A stretch of DNA of 64,000 nucleotides from Octopus vulgaris (lineage: Eukaryota), in contig OX597831.1 of assembly GCA_951406725.2 (NCBI GenBank), positions 49,414,001 through 49,478,000 on the forward strand. Reading direction: 5' to 3'. Positions within the stretch are counted from its first letter, which is position 1. Every line of letters begins with the position of its first letter. Of this stretch, positions 27,445 to 40,794 are shown one piece after another. The position numbers and the translations under genes are program-made. A model generated the notes under the pieces. The model had not been told where the DNA came from and did not search any database. It saw only the letters and a list, made by a program, of their open reading frames with translations.

Positions 27445-27678
27445 AAGGCGGCGAGCTGGCAGAAAAGTTAGCACGCCAGGCGAAATGCTTAGCGGTAGAT
27501 CGTCTGCCGTTACGTTCTGAGTTCAAATTCCACCGAGGTCGACTTTGCCTTTCATCCTTTCGGGGTCGATTAAATAAGTACCAGTTACGCACTGGGGTCA
27601 ATGTAATCGACTTAATCCCTTTATCTGTCCTTGTTTGTCCCCTCTACGTTTAGCCCCTTGTGGGCAATAAAGAAATAT
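27445..27678 (+). mobile_element. SINE family A (full length) with 18-bp TSD
   Basis: TSD GGGATTAGTACA(A/G)TATAG at 27427-27444 and 27679-27696; B-box-like GAGTTCAAATTCC. Confidence 0.92.
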
Positions 27679-27952
27679 GGGATTAGTACAGTATAGTACG
27701 TATTATCCGTGGACATCCTGTTGATCATCTTCATTGATTCATTTCATCAGGCAATACAGCATTATTAGATAAATCAGAGGGGGATGTTTATACCTTTTTG
27801 CCAGTATGAAGGCCAATCTAGTAGTGTTGGTATTTCAGTATGTACATCTAGCGGGCAGGGTAGATGATGGGATTAAAGGAAGGATGTTAGTAATATGGGA
27901 ATGGAGGGTGAGTGTGTGTGCGGTGATGTTGGATTTATTTGCTATTCATTCT

Positions 27953-28102
27953 TTCCGCCGAGGTCGACTTTGCCTTTCATCCTTTCGGGGTCGATAAATT
28001 AAGTACCAGTTACGCACTGAGGTCGATGTAATCGACTTAATCCGTTTGTCTGTCCTTGTTTGTCCGCTCTGTGTTTAGCCCCTTGTGGGTAGTAAAGAAA
28101 TA
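27953..28102 (+). mobile_element. 5'-truncated SINE family A with 10-bp TSD
   Basis: TSD TATTCATTCT at 27943-27952 and 28103-28112. Confidence 0.9.
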
Positions 28103-28529
28103 TATTCATTCTGCCGATTTTAAGGATGGTCACTCTTTCAGCAAATTTAAGGATTGTAGTACTTTCTTTGTTCTATTTCATTCATGACATGACTCCCCTC
28201 AATAAATTCTACACCCAACAGGCAGTCAGCTGCTTTATAGTGGTGTTAATTAACGGAATTGAGTAATACTACCCCTCTTATGGTGACTTTTTCACTGTTA
28301 CTGTTATTATAGTGCGTATCATCTTAACCATTGGTATCTTTTTTTGAAAAAGCAGTAACAAATTATAGAATAGTGAAGGAACCCATTATGTAGCAGGCAT
28401 AAGAAATTGGAACTTTATTTGAATACCCCTAAAGTTACCATAGACGAATTTAATATATATATATATATATATATATGTTCATAAATAGAGAGCAAGAGAG
28501 ACACACACACGCACACAAATACAGACATA

Positions 28530-28562
<33 letters not shown>

Positions 28563-28564
<2 letters not shown>

Positions 28565-28704
28565 CTGTGTGGCAAGAAACTTGCTTCCTAACAACATGGT
28601 TCCGATTTCAGTACCACTGCGTGACACCTTGGGAAAGTGTCTTCCATAACCTCGAGCCAACCAAAACCTTGTGAATGGATTTGGCAAATGGAAAGTAGCC
28701 CGTC

Positions 28705-28742
<38 letters not shown>

Positions 28743-28996
28743 TTTATTTTAAGCAGCAGAAAATTCAACAAAATCTGTTACTCTGAGTTTCTCGTTGCCG
28801 TTCATCAGACAGTGCGTGTGTGTCTGTTTGTGCTCCCACCATCGCTTGACAACCGACGTGGGTGTGTTGATGTCCCCGTAACTTAACGGTTCAACAGACG
28901 AGACCCAAGTATAAGTACTTGGCTTACAAAGTTCTGGGATCGATTTGTTCGACTAAAGGCGGTGCTCCAGTATAGCTGCAGTCAAATGACTGAAAC
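28563..28996 (+). mobile_element. SINE family B with a hammerhead-bearing fragment inserted in its internal (TA)n
   Basis: Head 28563-28706, then (TA)n, foreign segment 28742-28812, tail 28813-28996. Confidence 0.8.
28775..28812 (-). ncRNA. Minimal type-I hammerhead ribozyme (Penelope/retrozyme type)
   Basis: Minus strand: CUGU-CUGAUGA-ACG-GCAA-CGA-GAAA-CUCAGAG-UA^ACAG. Core is intact, loop II is GNRA, stem III is quasi-palindromic (ACUC-A-GAGU), cleavage triplet is GUA and stem I is CUGU/ACAG. A-A mismatch at the base of stem II. Confidence 0.8.
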
Positions 28997-29398
28997 GTGT
29001 ATATATATATATATATATACACACACACTCACGCACAAACACACACACACACACACACACATACACACACACATATGTATGTATGTATGTATTTATGTGC
29101 ATGTATGTATGTATTTGTGCCTGTGTATGTTGTATGTGTGTATTCTACACTGATTGTTGGTTACTTTACGGCTCCATAACCTAACAATAACTGACCTGAA
29201 AATATAAGAACTGGTTACTATTTGTTCGATTAAACCAGTCTTGTTGGTACCAGCGCATGTCTACAGTTGGATGACCAAAAACAAGTGAAAGATAAAAGAT
29301 ACAGTCGAACAAAATGCTATTATTAATAATTAGTAGGAGAAAAACCATCGCTCGTGTTGTCGGTGTTTTGCTAGCTTATACAATCAGTGTATGTATGT

Positions 29399-29500
29399 AT
29401 GTCATTGTTCAGTTTATTTCAAGATTTCTTGCCAATAGAGAAAGAGCCGGTTTCTAATCTAGGTTCAAGGAATTACATCAACAACAGGGCATTTTTGTTT
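29399..29500 (-). mobile_element. 3' UTR tip of an R4/Dong-like LINE between (TATG)n tracts
   Basis: Reverse complement of the 3' end at about 31648-31700 (TCTCTATTGGCAAGAAATCTTGAAATAAACTGAA.AATGACATACATAC). Confidence 0.7.
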
Positions 29501-29556
29501 GTATGTATGCATGCATATATGTATGCATGTATGTATGTATGTATGTATGTATGTAT

Positions 29557-29640
29557 ATAAGTCTCCACAAACAACAGTATTTGTAACCCGTATATGGTAC
29601 CATATACGGGTTACAAATACTGTTATTTGCGGAGACTTAT
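29557..29640. repeat. 84-bp spacerless palindrome, 40 of 42 pairs matched
   Basis: ATAAGTCTCCACAAACAACAGTATTTGTAACCCGTATATGGT|ACCATATACGGGTTACAAATACTGTTATTTGCGGAGACTTAT. Confidence 0.95.
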
Positions 29641-29989
29641 TTTTGTAGTAATAGTAATAGTAACTCATTCGACTGCTATTTCTAATATTTTCGGTATGTG
29701 GTTTAAGCAACTTGTTGCAAATAATCCTTTTATTATAATTATATAATTTTTACCGAATATGGTCCTTTCTATACCGAAAGACTACTAGGTGAAATTTATT
29801 GATTTTATTGAATTAATTATATTTCACCCTTTATATGTATGTATATATGTATGTATGTTTTCTTTTTCTTTTACTTTTCTTTCAGGCATTCGACTGCGGT
29901 CTTGCTGGAGCACCGCCTAAAGGGTTTTAGCTAAAGAATTCAATTCCAGGACTTATTCTATCGTTGTCTTTTGCCGAACCGTTAATGTA

Positions 29990-30433
29990 TATGTGCAGAT
30001 TTGTATGTTTTGTTTTGTCTGTATTCTCATACAAATAGTTGCATATCTAGACATGCTCATATATGTTTAAATGATAAACAGTTCTTAAAGAATTTTTACA
30101 GTTCCAGTGATGGATTGGATCTGTAGTCTTCGAATTAGCTTTCTCCTTTCTGGTTTTGAGAAGCCCAATTTCTCAAGATTGTTACTTAGGCAGTGTGTTA
30201 CATATTTCATAGCTCTAATAATCACAGGTATAAACCTGAACATTTAATCTGGATAGAGTAACTGCAGATTTCTCAATAGTTCAGCGTAGGTGTTCTCATT
30301 TTCACTGATCTTCAGCTTTACGTTGACATCTGCTGGGAAGCTAATTTCCCCAACTGTGCACAGTTTCTCTTCTCTATCCCAAATCATTATACCGGGTGTG
30401 TTGTGCTTACATTTTATTGAGGACTTCACTGGG
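29990..30433 (-). pseudogene. RLE domain and 3' UTR of an R4/Dong-clade non-LTR retrotransposon (5'-truncated)
   Basis: PVKSSIKCKHNTPGIMIWDREEKLCTVGEISFPADVNVKLKISENENTYAELLRNLQLLYPD*MFRFIPVIIRAMKYV matches the degenerate pattern HNRPD..D....E..P....EK..KY..L....PIIIGALG. Confidence 0.8.
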
Positions 30434-30880
30434 TATGTATGTATGTATGTATGTATGTATGTATGTATGTATGTATGTATGTATGTATGTATGTATGTAT
30501 GTATGTGTGCATGCATGTATGTGTGAATGTTTCTTTGGGATTTATTTATGATTTCTCCTTCGCAGAATTCAATCCAGTCGCTTATAAAGTGATAAGGCAC
30601 TTTTGTTTAAGCCTTGTCAACTCTTGGTGTTTGTAGTTATTTGAATTGCTTGATGTGTGCATGTATTTCCCTCTGCGCGTTGTGCATATGCATGTGTATA
30701 CATGTACTGCTGTAGTGGGTGTGCGTGTCACGTTAGAAAACCATGTGCGGGATTTATTGCTGTTTGTGTGTGCGTGCGTGCATGTGCATTCGATATTCAT
30801 TTGTGACTGTGTACGTATATTTAACCGGAATTCCTCAAATGATGAACTCTTGAAATATACGTATGTACGTGCGTACATTG

Positions 30881-31020
30881 TGGAGGCACATGGTCTAGTG
30901 GTTAGAGCAGCGGACTCGCGGTCGCGGAATCGCGGGTTCGAATCTCAGACCGGGCGATGTTTATGAGCGAAACACCTAAGCTCCACGCGGCTCCGGCTGA
31001 AGGTAATGGTAAACTTCTGC
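30881..31020 (+). mobile_element. tRNA-like head of SINE family C
   Basis: GGAGGCACATGGTCTAGTGGTTAGAGCAGCGGACTCGCGGTC...GGTTCGAATCTC; same head as 49607. Confidence 0.8.
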
Positions 31021-31023
31021 AAG

Positions 31024-31365
31024 AAGGTTTGAAGGTGCAAGATTGGGCGAATATGGAGGGTGTGACAAAACTTCCCATCCATGCTCCAGTAACTTTTGCC
31101 ACGTCTACGAAGAAGTGTGTGGTCTAGCACTGTCGTAATGAAAGACACTGCTCTTACGATGAAAAAAAAAGTGCTGGATGATCGCTGCGTTTAATTTCCC
31201 AAGCTAGTAACTGTGTACATCTGAATTAACGCTCCTGTCCGTGGGAAAAAGCTCTTAAAAGACAGCACCCTTCCAATCCCACGAAATAGAAATCATGACC
31301 ATTTTCGGATGGAGTGTTGATTTAGAAGTTGTCAGTGGTTGATCACCGTTCTTTCACCATTTTTT
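31024..31365 (-). pseudogene. Mariner (DD34D) transposase fragment
   Basis: Minus strand GWEVLSHPPYSPNLAPSN; homologous to about 44560-44830. Confidence 0.75.
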
Positions 31366-31369
31366 AATG

Positions 31370-31565
31370 CTTTTTGTTGCCCCCCAACATCGCTTGACAA
31401 CCGATGCTGGTGTACTTACGTCCCCGTAACTTAGCGGTTCGGCAAAAGAGACCGATAGAATAAGTACTAGGCTTACAAAGAATAAGTTCTGGGTCAATTT
31501 GCTCGACTAAGGGCGGTGCTCCAGCATGGTCACAGTCAAATGACTGAAACAAATAAAAGAATCAA
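31370..31565 (+). mobile_element. 3' half of SINE family B
   Basis: CCCCCAACATCGCTTGACAACCGATGCTGGTG...GACTGAAACAAATAAAAG. Confidence 0.85.
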
Positions 31566-31571
31566 AGAATA

Positions 31572-31700
31572 TATGTGCATGTCTAGATATGTAACTATAC
31601 ACATGAGAATACATACATAAAACATACAAATCTGCACATAAAGTTCTTTCTCTATTGGCAAGAAATCTTGAAATAAACTGAATAATGACATACATACATA
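31572..31700 (+). mobile_element. 3' UTR of the R4/Dong-like LINE ending in (CATA)n
   Basis: Reverse complement of parts of 29995-30060 and 29399-29445. Confidence 0.7.
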
Positions 31701-32201
31701 TGAACGCACACACACACACACACGCCGACCTACTCATACATACACATAAACACATATTTTGTCTAATGCAAACTCAGAAAAAATAATAAAAAAACTACTA
31801 AATAACCTAAAATAAAATAGCATAAAAAGAGAAAAAAAAAAAAAGCTCAAATAAATAGAAATTAAGAAATTAAAAACAAAATTTATAAAAAAAAAAAAAA
31901 AAAAAGAGAAATTGTCTCCTGGGAAGTCAACATATCAATCAATTTAAAAAGCTTAGTTTCAACCTTCATCTGTTTGCCGAATCTTTCTCAGATCTATTGC
32001 TGATCATTCCATTCTACCATTATCGAATTGATCGCCCTAAGTGCGTTTCTTGTGTTTCTCACCGTTTCTTTCCTCATTCAATCTACCACTGCTGGATTTC
32101 ATTTCTGAATCTGCTTAATTTTCTATCTATCTTACAGTCTTTGGTTTTTTTTCAGTTTAATTTGTGTCTTTCTGTTATATTTTTTTCTATGTATGAACAA
32201 G

Positions 32202-32232
<31 letters not shown>

Positions 32233-32629
32233 TTGTATGTATGTATTTATGTATGTATGTATGAATGTATGAATGTATGTATGTATGTATGTATGAATGT
32301 ATGTATGTATGTATGTATGTATGTATGTATGTATGTATGTTTGTATGTATGTTTGTATGTATGTATGTATGTATGAATGTATGTATGTATGTATTTTTGA
32401 ATAAATATATGTATGTATGTATTATGTAAGTATATATATATACGAATGTATGTATGTATGTATGTATCTATTTGTCTGTCTGTCTGATTGCCTGTCTGTA
32501 TGTCATTCCGTCTGTCTATCCGTTTGTTTGCCCGTCTGTATGTCTGCCTGTCTGCCTGTTTGCCTGTCTGCCTGTCTGCCTGTCTTTCTCCCCTTTTTGC
32601 CTCTCTCTCTCTCTCTCACAGCATACCAC

Positions 32630-32726
<97 letters not shown>

Positions 32727-32727
32727 T

Positions 32728-32789
<62 letters not shown>

Positions 32790-32839
32790 CATATACTCCT
32801 TTTCTGTTTGTCTTTCATTAGTACTTATCTCCAACGGGA

Positions 32840-33800
32840 CCCTAACCACATCCACCACATTCATCGCAACCACCACAGCAACCACGACCACAATCACAAC
32901 CACAATCTCAACATCCAATTCAACCACCACATCCAACAAAACCAACACAACTAACATAATTCTCTGTAGCTCCGACTCCTTCCTCTTCTCCATCACCATC
33001 GCTTCATAAACAACTTTTCAATCTTCATTATAACGGCATAATGTTTTCTAGGCCTTCATCCAGCTGCATTATCAATCTTTTGCTCCTTCGCATCGCCACC
33101 ACAACCACCATATCCACCCCCTAACTACCACTACCACTACAACCTCGACCACCTCAGCTATCATACCAACAGCGTCGCCACCATCACCGTTCTAACAGCA
33201 ATAACAACAACAACCACCTTTATCATTATCAAAACATAATCCAACAAAAACCGCCATTACCACTATCACAACAAAAGCCATCCATCTACCTTCTGCCGCA
33301 AAATTGCTACCATTAGTGTCAAAAAACCATTACCATCTCCACCAGCACCACCAGTATCAGTAGCACCACCACAATAACCACCACCACCACCACCACCACC
33401 GCCATCACCACCACCATCACCACCACCACCACCACCACTACCACTACCACCAGAAAGGCCACTACGAAGAGCGCAACCACAACCACCACCACTATTATGG
33501 CGACGACAACTACCACCACTACCACCACCACCACCACGACCACTACCACCATTACCACCAGAAGTGCCACTATGAGGACCGCAACCACAACCACCACCCC
33601 TACCACCAACACTACCACGACCAATACTACCATCACCACCACCACCACCACCACCACCAGAAGCACCACACCGAGGAGCGCAACCACAACCATCAAAATC
33701 ACCATTATGGCGACGATGACGACAACCACCACCACCACCACCACCACCACCAGAACCACCACCACCACCACCACAACCACAACACCCACCACCACTACAC
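32840..33800. repeat. Degenerate (ACC/ACA/ACT)n low-complexity tract with internal duplications
   Basis: GAGCGCAACCACAACC...ATTATGGCGACGA occurs at about 33468 and about 33676. Confidence 0.85.
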
Positions 33801-34019
33801 CTTCACCGATGTTATCACCAATATCTGATGATAACAGTAGAGATGACTGTGATAAAAGATCATAATACTCAACACATTACATCGAGTATGTACACAAATT
33901 CAGTAGAAGCTTTGCCTCAAGTGTGTAAGTTTGTGCTTAGGTGATACTTTTGCATTTGAATACTTCTGTGTGTACGCACAGGAATATACAAACGTTGAGT
34001 TGCATCTGTATGTAGTTCA

Positions 34020-34185
34020 ATGGACGGGCCGTGTCAGATTCTGTGTCTCTCAGAATCTCCCTGAGAACTACATATGCGTGTCAGTAGGAGGGGCGGGGCT
34101 TAGGCACTTACACGTCAATTTCACGAGCAGGCTGTTCCGTTGATCGAATGAAATAGAACACGCGTCATCGTAAGCGACGGCGAGC
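34020..34185 (+). mobile_element. Decayed 3' part of SINE family C
   Basis: GAATCTCCCTGAGAACTAC...CACTTACACGTCAATTTCACGAGCAGGCTGTTCCGTTGATC. Confidence 0.7.
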
Positions 34186-34225
34186 CAGGTCACATTCATT
34201 CACACACACAGACACAGACTCAGAC

Positions 34226-34256
<31 letters not shown>

Positions 34257-34265
34257 CACATACAC

Positions 34266-34359
<94 letters not shown>

Positions 34360-34460
34360 TAGTTTTTCCATATATCTGAGGAATTGGAGAAGTTTTTCCA
34401 TACGTCTACAAAACTTTCGGTAACAAGAGGAGATAATTCACCGGTTACACGACATATATA

Positions 34461-35250
34461 CAGGGTGTGATGGGTAAATTGTTGCCATTTTATATTTTTA
34501 CTTTTGCGCATGCGAATTGTTTGTTTTTGATTTTGTCGACTACACAGCATAGTTGGGTTAGTTGGGCACCGTCTGTGAGAAAAACAACACCATGACGAAT
34601 TTCACTCTGCCAGAAATTTGGAAACGACATGCTGTATTGTGTGGCATTCGCCCCGGAATCTTCAATAGGAGTAAATGATGAACACACAAAACAACCGTTG
34701 GTTTGCCGTGTCCTCAAAACATGTACCGAGTGTGATAAAAATCAAACATCCGGTCAACATCACGGCGTTTGGAGTGATTACTACTGAAGGCGACGTTATG
34801 CCTCCATTCACCTTCCAACGCGTCCTCAGACTCTATACGGAAGCCTACATCAAGTGCCTGGAGAAGGTAGTGCTGTCCAGGTTCAAGAGGGTGGCTACTG
34901 GAAGACTCTATGTCTGGCAACAGGACTCTACACCATGCCACACAAACAGGAGAATCCAGTCATGGCTGTCGGACAATTTCTACGACAACACCACCCCTAA
35001 CATCTGGCCACTTAACTCCCCAGACTGCAACCCCCTTGACTATTATGTGTAGGATGCTGTTGAGCGAGAGACCAACAAAACTCTCTGTAACACCAAAGTT
35101 GAACAGAAGGCAAGGATTATAGGAGCATTCACCAATTTAAGCAAAAAACCGCCCAGAAGAGTTGCAGGAGATTTCGAAGTCGTCTGGATGCCGTGGTTGA
35201 AACCAATGGCAATTTTACTCTTTAGTATTTCAAGATATTTTTATGTAATT
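34461..35250 (+). mobile_element. Internally deleted DD37D (maT-like) transposon with transposase pseudogene
   Basis: Left end TA|CAGGGTG. ORF at 34675 (...YVWQQDSTPCHTNRRIQSWLSDNFYDNTTPNIWPLNSPDCNPLDYYV*) has 37 residues between the last two catalytic aspartates. Confidence 0.85.
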
Positions 35251-35269
35251 AAATGAAAATTATAATATA

Positions 35270-35790
35270 CCGTAAATCCCCGAGCATAGTCCACCCTTGT
35301 GTATAATACGCAGGGGATTTTTAGGGGGCTGTACTTCTGAAAAATCTAAACCTTGTGTATAATACGCACCCTTCTTTAACTTAAGTCGTGCGTAATTAAG
35401 CCAGCTGCACCTAGTTGAACAAACACTTCGGCGCATGCGTAATACAATAATGGTGATGTTCTTAACTGTTATATAGGAATGTAAATATGTTTGCAAATTG
35501 TTTTTGTTACATGTTATTCTGTGTTCTGAATACTTTTATTTTAATAAATGTTGCTTACTGCGAGTTATGGATGATTCTTTTATGACTTCATTGCTTTCAG
35601 GCTTAGCTTAAGGTATTTTCGCGCCCGACATCACAAAATGCGTCTGAATAAACATTGCCGGGCAGCAAATAGAGACACGGATATTGCTTAGAAAATGTTT
35701 TTCATTTTTAACCTCGTACATAGTACACACTAGGGATTTTGACCTTTAAATTTTGGGAAAAAAATGCGGATTATCCTCGAGGATTTACGG
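35270..35790. mobile_element. Tc2/pogo-like MITE
   Basis: TA|CCGTAAATCC...GGATTTACGG|TA; subterminal repeats GTATAATACGC. Confidence 0.85.
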
Positions 35791-36397
35791 TACGTAATAA
35801 TATAGATGGCTAAAGCAATTAAAAGCCAAAAAGTTAGAATACATAAATAAGGATGTAAAATAGCACGTACAATTGCTAGAAATAAGAGTTAAAAATATAA
35901 TTCGAATAACCACACAAAATCAACCTCATGAGATGTTCAAAGGGACTGCGAGCCATAACATCTTTCTCTAGCGAGAGAAAACTCACTGGATGAAGTAATT
36001 TGATAAGACCGTATTATAAGATTTCGAAATTTAACCAATAAAATTTCGTTTCTCTTCAGGGAAATCCACAAATTACTCAGGGTTAAAGAGATAGCTTGCC
36101 TCCCAGTAGCTCGTGAGGACAGCGAACGCCAAATTTAAAAGCGTTTTGAGTGTATATAAGCATACGATAAGATATTATAACGATAAATTAATATTATGAC
36201 ATATTGAATACGTTATAATATAGATGGCTAAAGCAGTTAAAAGCCACAAAGGTAGAATACATAAATAAGGGTGCTTAATAGCACCTACAATTGCTAGAAA
36301 TAAGAGCTAAAAATATAACTCGAATAGCCAGACAAAATCACCAATTTCATGAGATGTTCAAAGGGACTGCGAGCGGCAAGCCACAACATCTCTCTCC
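35791..36397. repeat. About 180-bp direct repeat with a 418-bp period
   Basis: TACG.(T)ATAATATAGATGGCTAAAGCA...GTTCAAAGGGACTGCGAGC at 35791 and 36209. Confidence 0.9.
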
Positions 36398-36459
36398 ATA
36401 CGGTGAACTGGCAGAATTGTTAGCATGTCGGACAAAAATGCCTAGTGACCTTTTTTTCT

Positions 36460-36915
<456 letters not shown>

Positions 36916-37250
36916 GATACATAGGCTATGTTAAAAATTAAAATTTAGATAGGAGACTTTAAAATGTAGTATCCAAACCTTGCTTTGGGTATGTTCCTAG
37001 TATAGTAACACGTTCACAACTTGAGAGCACGTTCACAACTTACGGGTACAAGGCGGCATCCACAATACTGCATTTTAGTCGCAGGATCTATGCAAGGAAT
37101 TCCTCGGTGCACGTTTAGTATATTTCAAATAATTGATAGGGAAGACACTGTACTGTAAGCTTTATTTAGCACGACGATCGTTTCGGCTTACATCTGCACT
37201 ACTCCCTAGTGGATAGGGGACGATATAATGGAATCCAATGCACAAACGAT

Positions 37251-37600
37251 ACTGCTATTTTAACCACAGGACTACAACCCCTCCAGCTGGTTATTCATTG
37301 TACTTCACACTCAATATACATGGCAAGCAGGCAGAGAACTACCTACTATTCTAGCAAAACCAGTGGTTATGTGACACTGTTTTTCTATATATTGCAAGCT
37401 GGAATAAACTACTGCTGTGTCTACGACGAGTATCCGTCACTGACGATGTTTGAAATCAGATCGAAGTCACGTGATCTGGTGGTCTCCGAGCTAAAATAGT
37501 AGGGAGTTCTCTCTTCGCTTGCAATATGTATCGAGTGCGAAACGCACTGAAGAACCGGCTGGAGGAGGTGTCCTCCTGGGGTTAAAACAGAAATTGCTAT
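37251..37600. mobile_element. Old fold-back (MITE-like) element with about 105-bp diverged arms
   Basis: TTTTAACCACAGG...GAGAACTACCTACTATTCTAGC versus GCTAAAATAGTAGGGAGTTCTC...CCTGGGGTTAAAA. Confidence 0.65.
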
Positions 37601-38190
37601 AGAACACCCACGGTTAAGTGGCGACAACCATTACTTATATATAGATATATATACGTTTGTATGTGTGTGTGTCTGTGTGTATATTTTTTATGATAAAATT
37701 AATGTCATCACTACTTGGTGCTTGTGTACCTCAAGCAGGGTCCAATCAAATGCGAGCTTTCCGTGTTGTCAGCTCTCCATTTGTAGGATAATTTCCTCCA
37801 CACCATTCCACTTAAAGACCTTCCAAAGTGTCATAGGCATTACCATCTCTCTTGACTTAGTGATAAAAAATATTCTTCCTGGAGATTTTCGAGATTTCGA
37901 ATTTGTTTACAAAACACATCACTTTATGTCACACATAAGTATGTATGTATGTATGTATGTATGTATGTATGTATGTATGTATGTATGTATGTATGTATGT
38001 ATGTATGTATGTATGTATGTATGTATGTATGTATATATCTTCAATCAATTGATGCTCTGTGTTCCTATCTCTCTCTTTCTGTCTCTGCCTATCTCTTTCT
38101 ATCTCTGTCTCTGTCTCTCTCTTTCTATCTATCTATATGTGCCTGTCTATCTTTGCAGATATATAGATATATATATTCACACACACAAAA

Positions 38191-38233
<43 letters not shown>

Positions 38234-38736
38234 CATAAGCACGTATACATTCATGCATATACATACATATGTATTTGTATATACATCAATACATATGCAT
38301 GTACTGATAGACAGCTAGATAGATAGATAGAAAGATAGATACACAGATAAATAGATAGATAGACAGACAGACAAATATATATATATATATATATATATAC
38401 ATGCATACGTACATATGTTTGAACAAATATTTGCAGTTACAGCTCAAATTTCCTTTGGTATAAAATTTGTTTCTGAAATTGACGAACGCCTTAGAGTAGA
38501 GAATTGTATACACAAGGAAAATTACATTTCAACTTCTCTAACAATGCCGCGTTTTTTGCCTTACGTCAATCACAAACGGATGTAAACAAATCTACCTGGA
38601 GCAAACATACATTTGGTTGTCCTGCTGTTAATCAGTCCCGATGTATTCAGTGTCAGGTTCTTTAGAAACTATGCAACGTTGAACATTCAGAAATGTCTTC
38701 TTTCTTTTTTGAAAATTTAGACATGAAAAGAAACTT

Positions 38737-39336
<600 letters not shown>

Positions 39337-39339
39337 CAT

Positions 39340-39380
<41 letters not shown>

Positions 39381-40061
39381 CATATATACATAATATATAT
39401 ATGCGTATATGTATTAAAAACCACAAAGTTAAAGTGGGTACGTTGTGCGTGGTATATATATATATATGCATGTATGTATGTATACATATATATGTGTGTA
39501 TATATGTATATATATATATATATATACACAAACATACAAACACACATAAACACCTATATATATATATATATATATATACATACATACATACATACACACA
39601 TATACACTGTAAAATAAACCACCTATGTAAATTATAGTTATGTCAATGCGTGCGTGAGTTTATGCTTGTGTTTGTGTGTGTGTGTGTGAGGGAGAGAGAG
39701 AGAGAGAAAGTCAGATGAACGGAAGATTGCATCAATGTGAAAAGGCGTATGTGTGTGTGTTTGTGTGTATTTGTGTTTGTTTATCTGTGCGGTGTGTCGT
39801 GTGTTAAGCGTCCTTCGGCTATATAATTTTTACCATCTTTATGTAATCTGGTATTCCTGGTGGCGGTGATGGCCTTTGATTATCCCCCCTTAAGCGGTAT
39901 GAACAAGATGCTTACATGCATCAAAAGACTGTATGTGAGGTTCTCTCAAGTTTACTTTCGCAGTATTCTGTGTTCTAACACAACATTCACATTTAAGTGG
40001 AGATAAATATTACCTTTGGTATTAATACTATTTCTAACGCCATTGATTAGTTTCGTTTGTC

Positions 40062-40300
40062 CTTAAGGTATTTTCGCGCCCGACATCACAAAATGCATCT
40101 GAATCAACATTGCCGGACAGCAAATAGACTCGGACATTGCTTAGAAAATTTTTTTTTATTTTTAACCTCGTATATAGTACGCACTAGGGATTTTTTTTAT
40201 ATATTGCAAGCTGGAATAAACTACTGCTACTTCTACGACGAGTATCCATCATGACGATGTTTGAAATGATGTCGAAATCACGTGTTCTGGTGCTCTCCGA
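40062..40300 (+). repeat. Chimeric copy of 35607-35740 joined to 37380-37490
   Basis: TTAAGGTATTTTCGCGCCCGACATCACAAAATGC...CACTAGGGATTTT followed by TATATTGCAAGCTGGAATAAACTACTGCT...TCTCCGAG. Confidence 0.85.
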
Positions 40301-40794
40301 GTTCTGAGTTTAAATTCCACTAAAGTAGTCTTTGTCTTTATATCCTTTCGGGTTCGATAAAATAAGTACCATTTGAGTACTAAGGTTGATGTATTTGACT
40401 TAGCCCATGCCTCGAAATTTCTGGTCTTGTGCTACAACTTTTAATCAATATCTAATATGGAACCTACATAAAGTGGACGAGCTGACAGAATCGTTAGCAC
40501 GTCGGACAATTGCTTTGCAGCATTTCGTTCGTGCTTAACGTTCTGAGTTCAAATTTCACTGAGGTTGACATTGATTTTCATCCTTTCGGTGTCGATAAAA
40601 TAAATTCCAGCTGAGTATTGGGTTCAATGTAGTCGAACCACTGACCTCGTGCCAAAATTTAGAGTCAATACGATCCCAAACCGTCATAAAAATGTAAACT
40701 GTACAATATTGCACATGTAAACACACAAATTACATATTTGTATAGCAATTAGTATAAATATATATATATAAACTGATATATAACTTAACATTTA

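Noticed and set aside
33319-33865. Thr-rich (mucin-like) and Val-rich ORFs
   Set aside because: Degenerate (ACC)n tract open on both strands, with no splice signals or non-repetitive domain.
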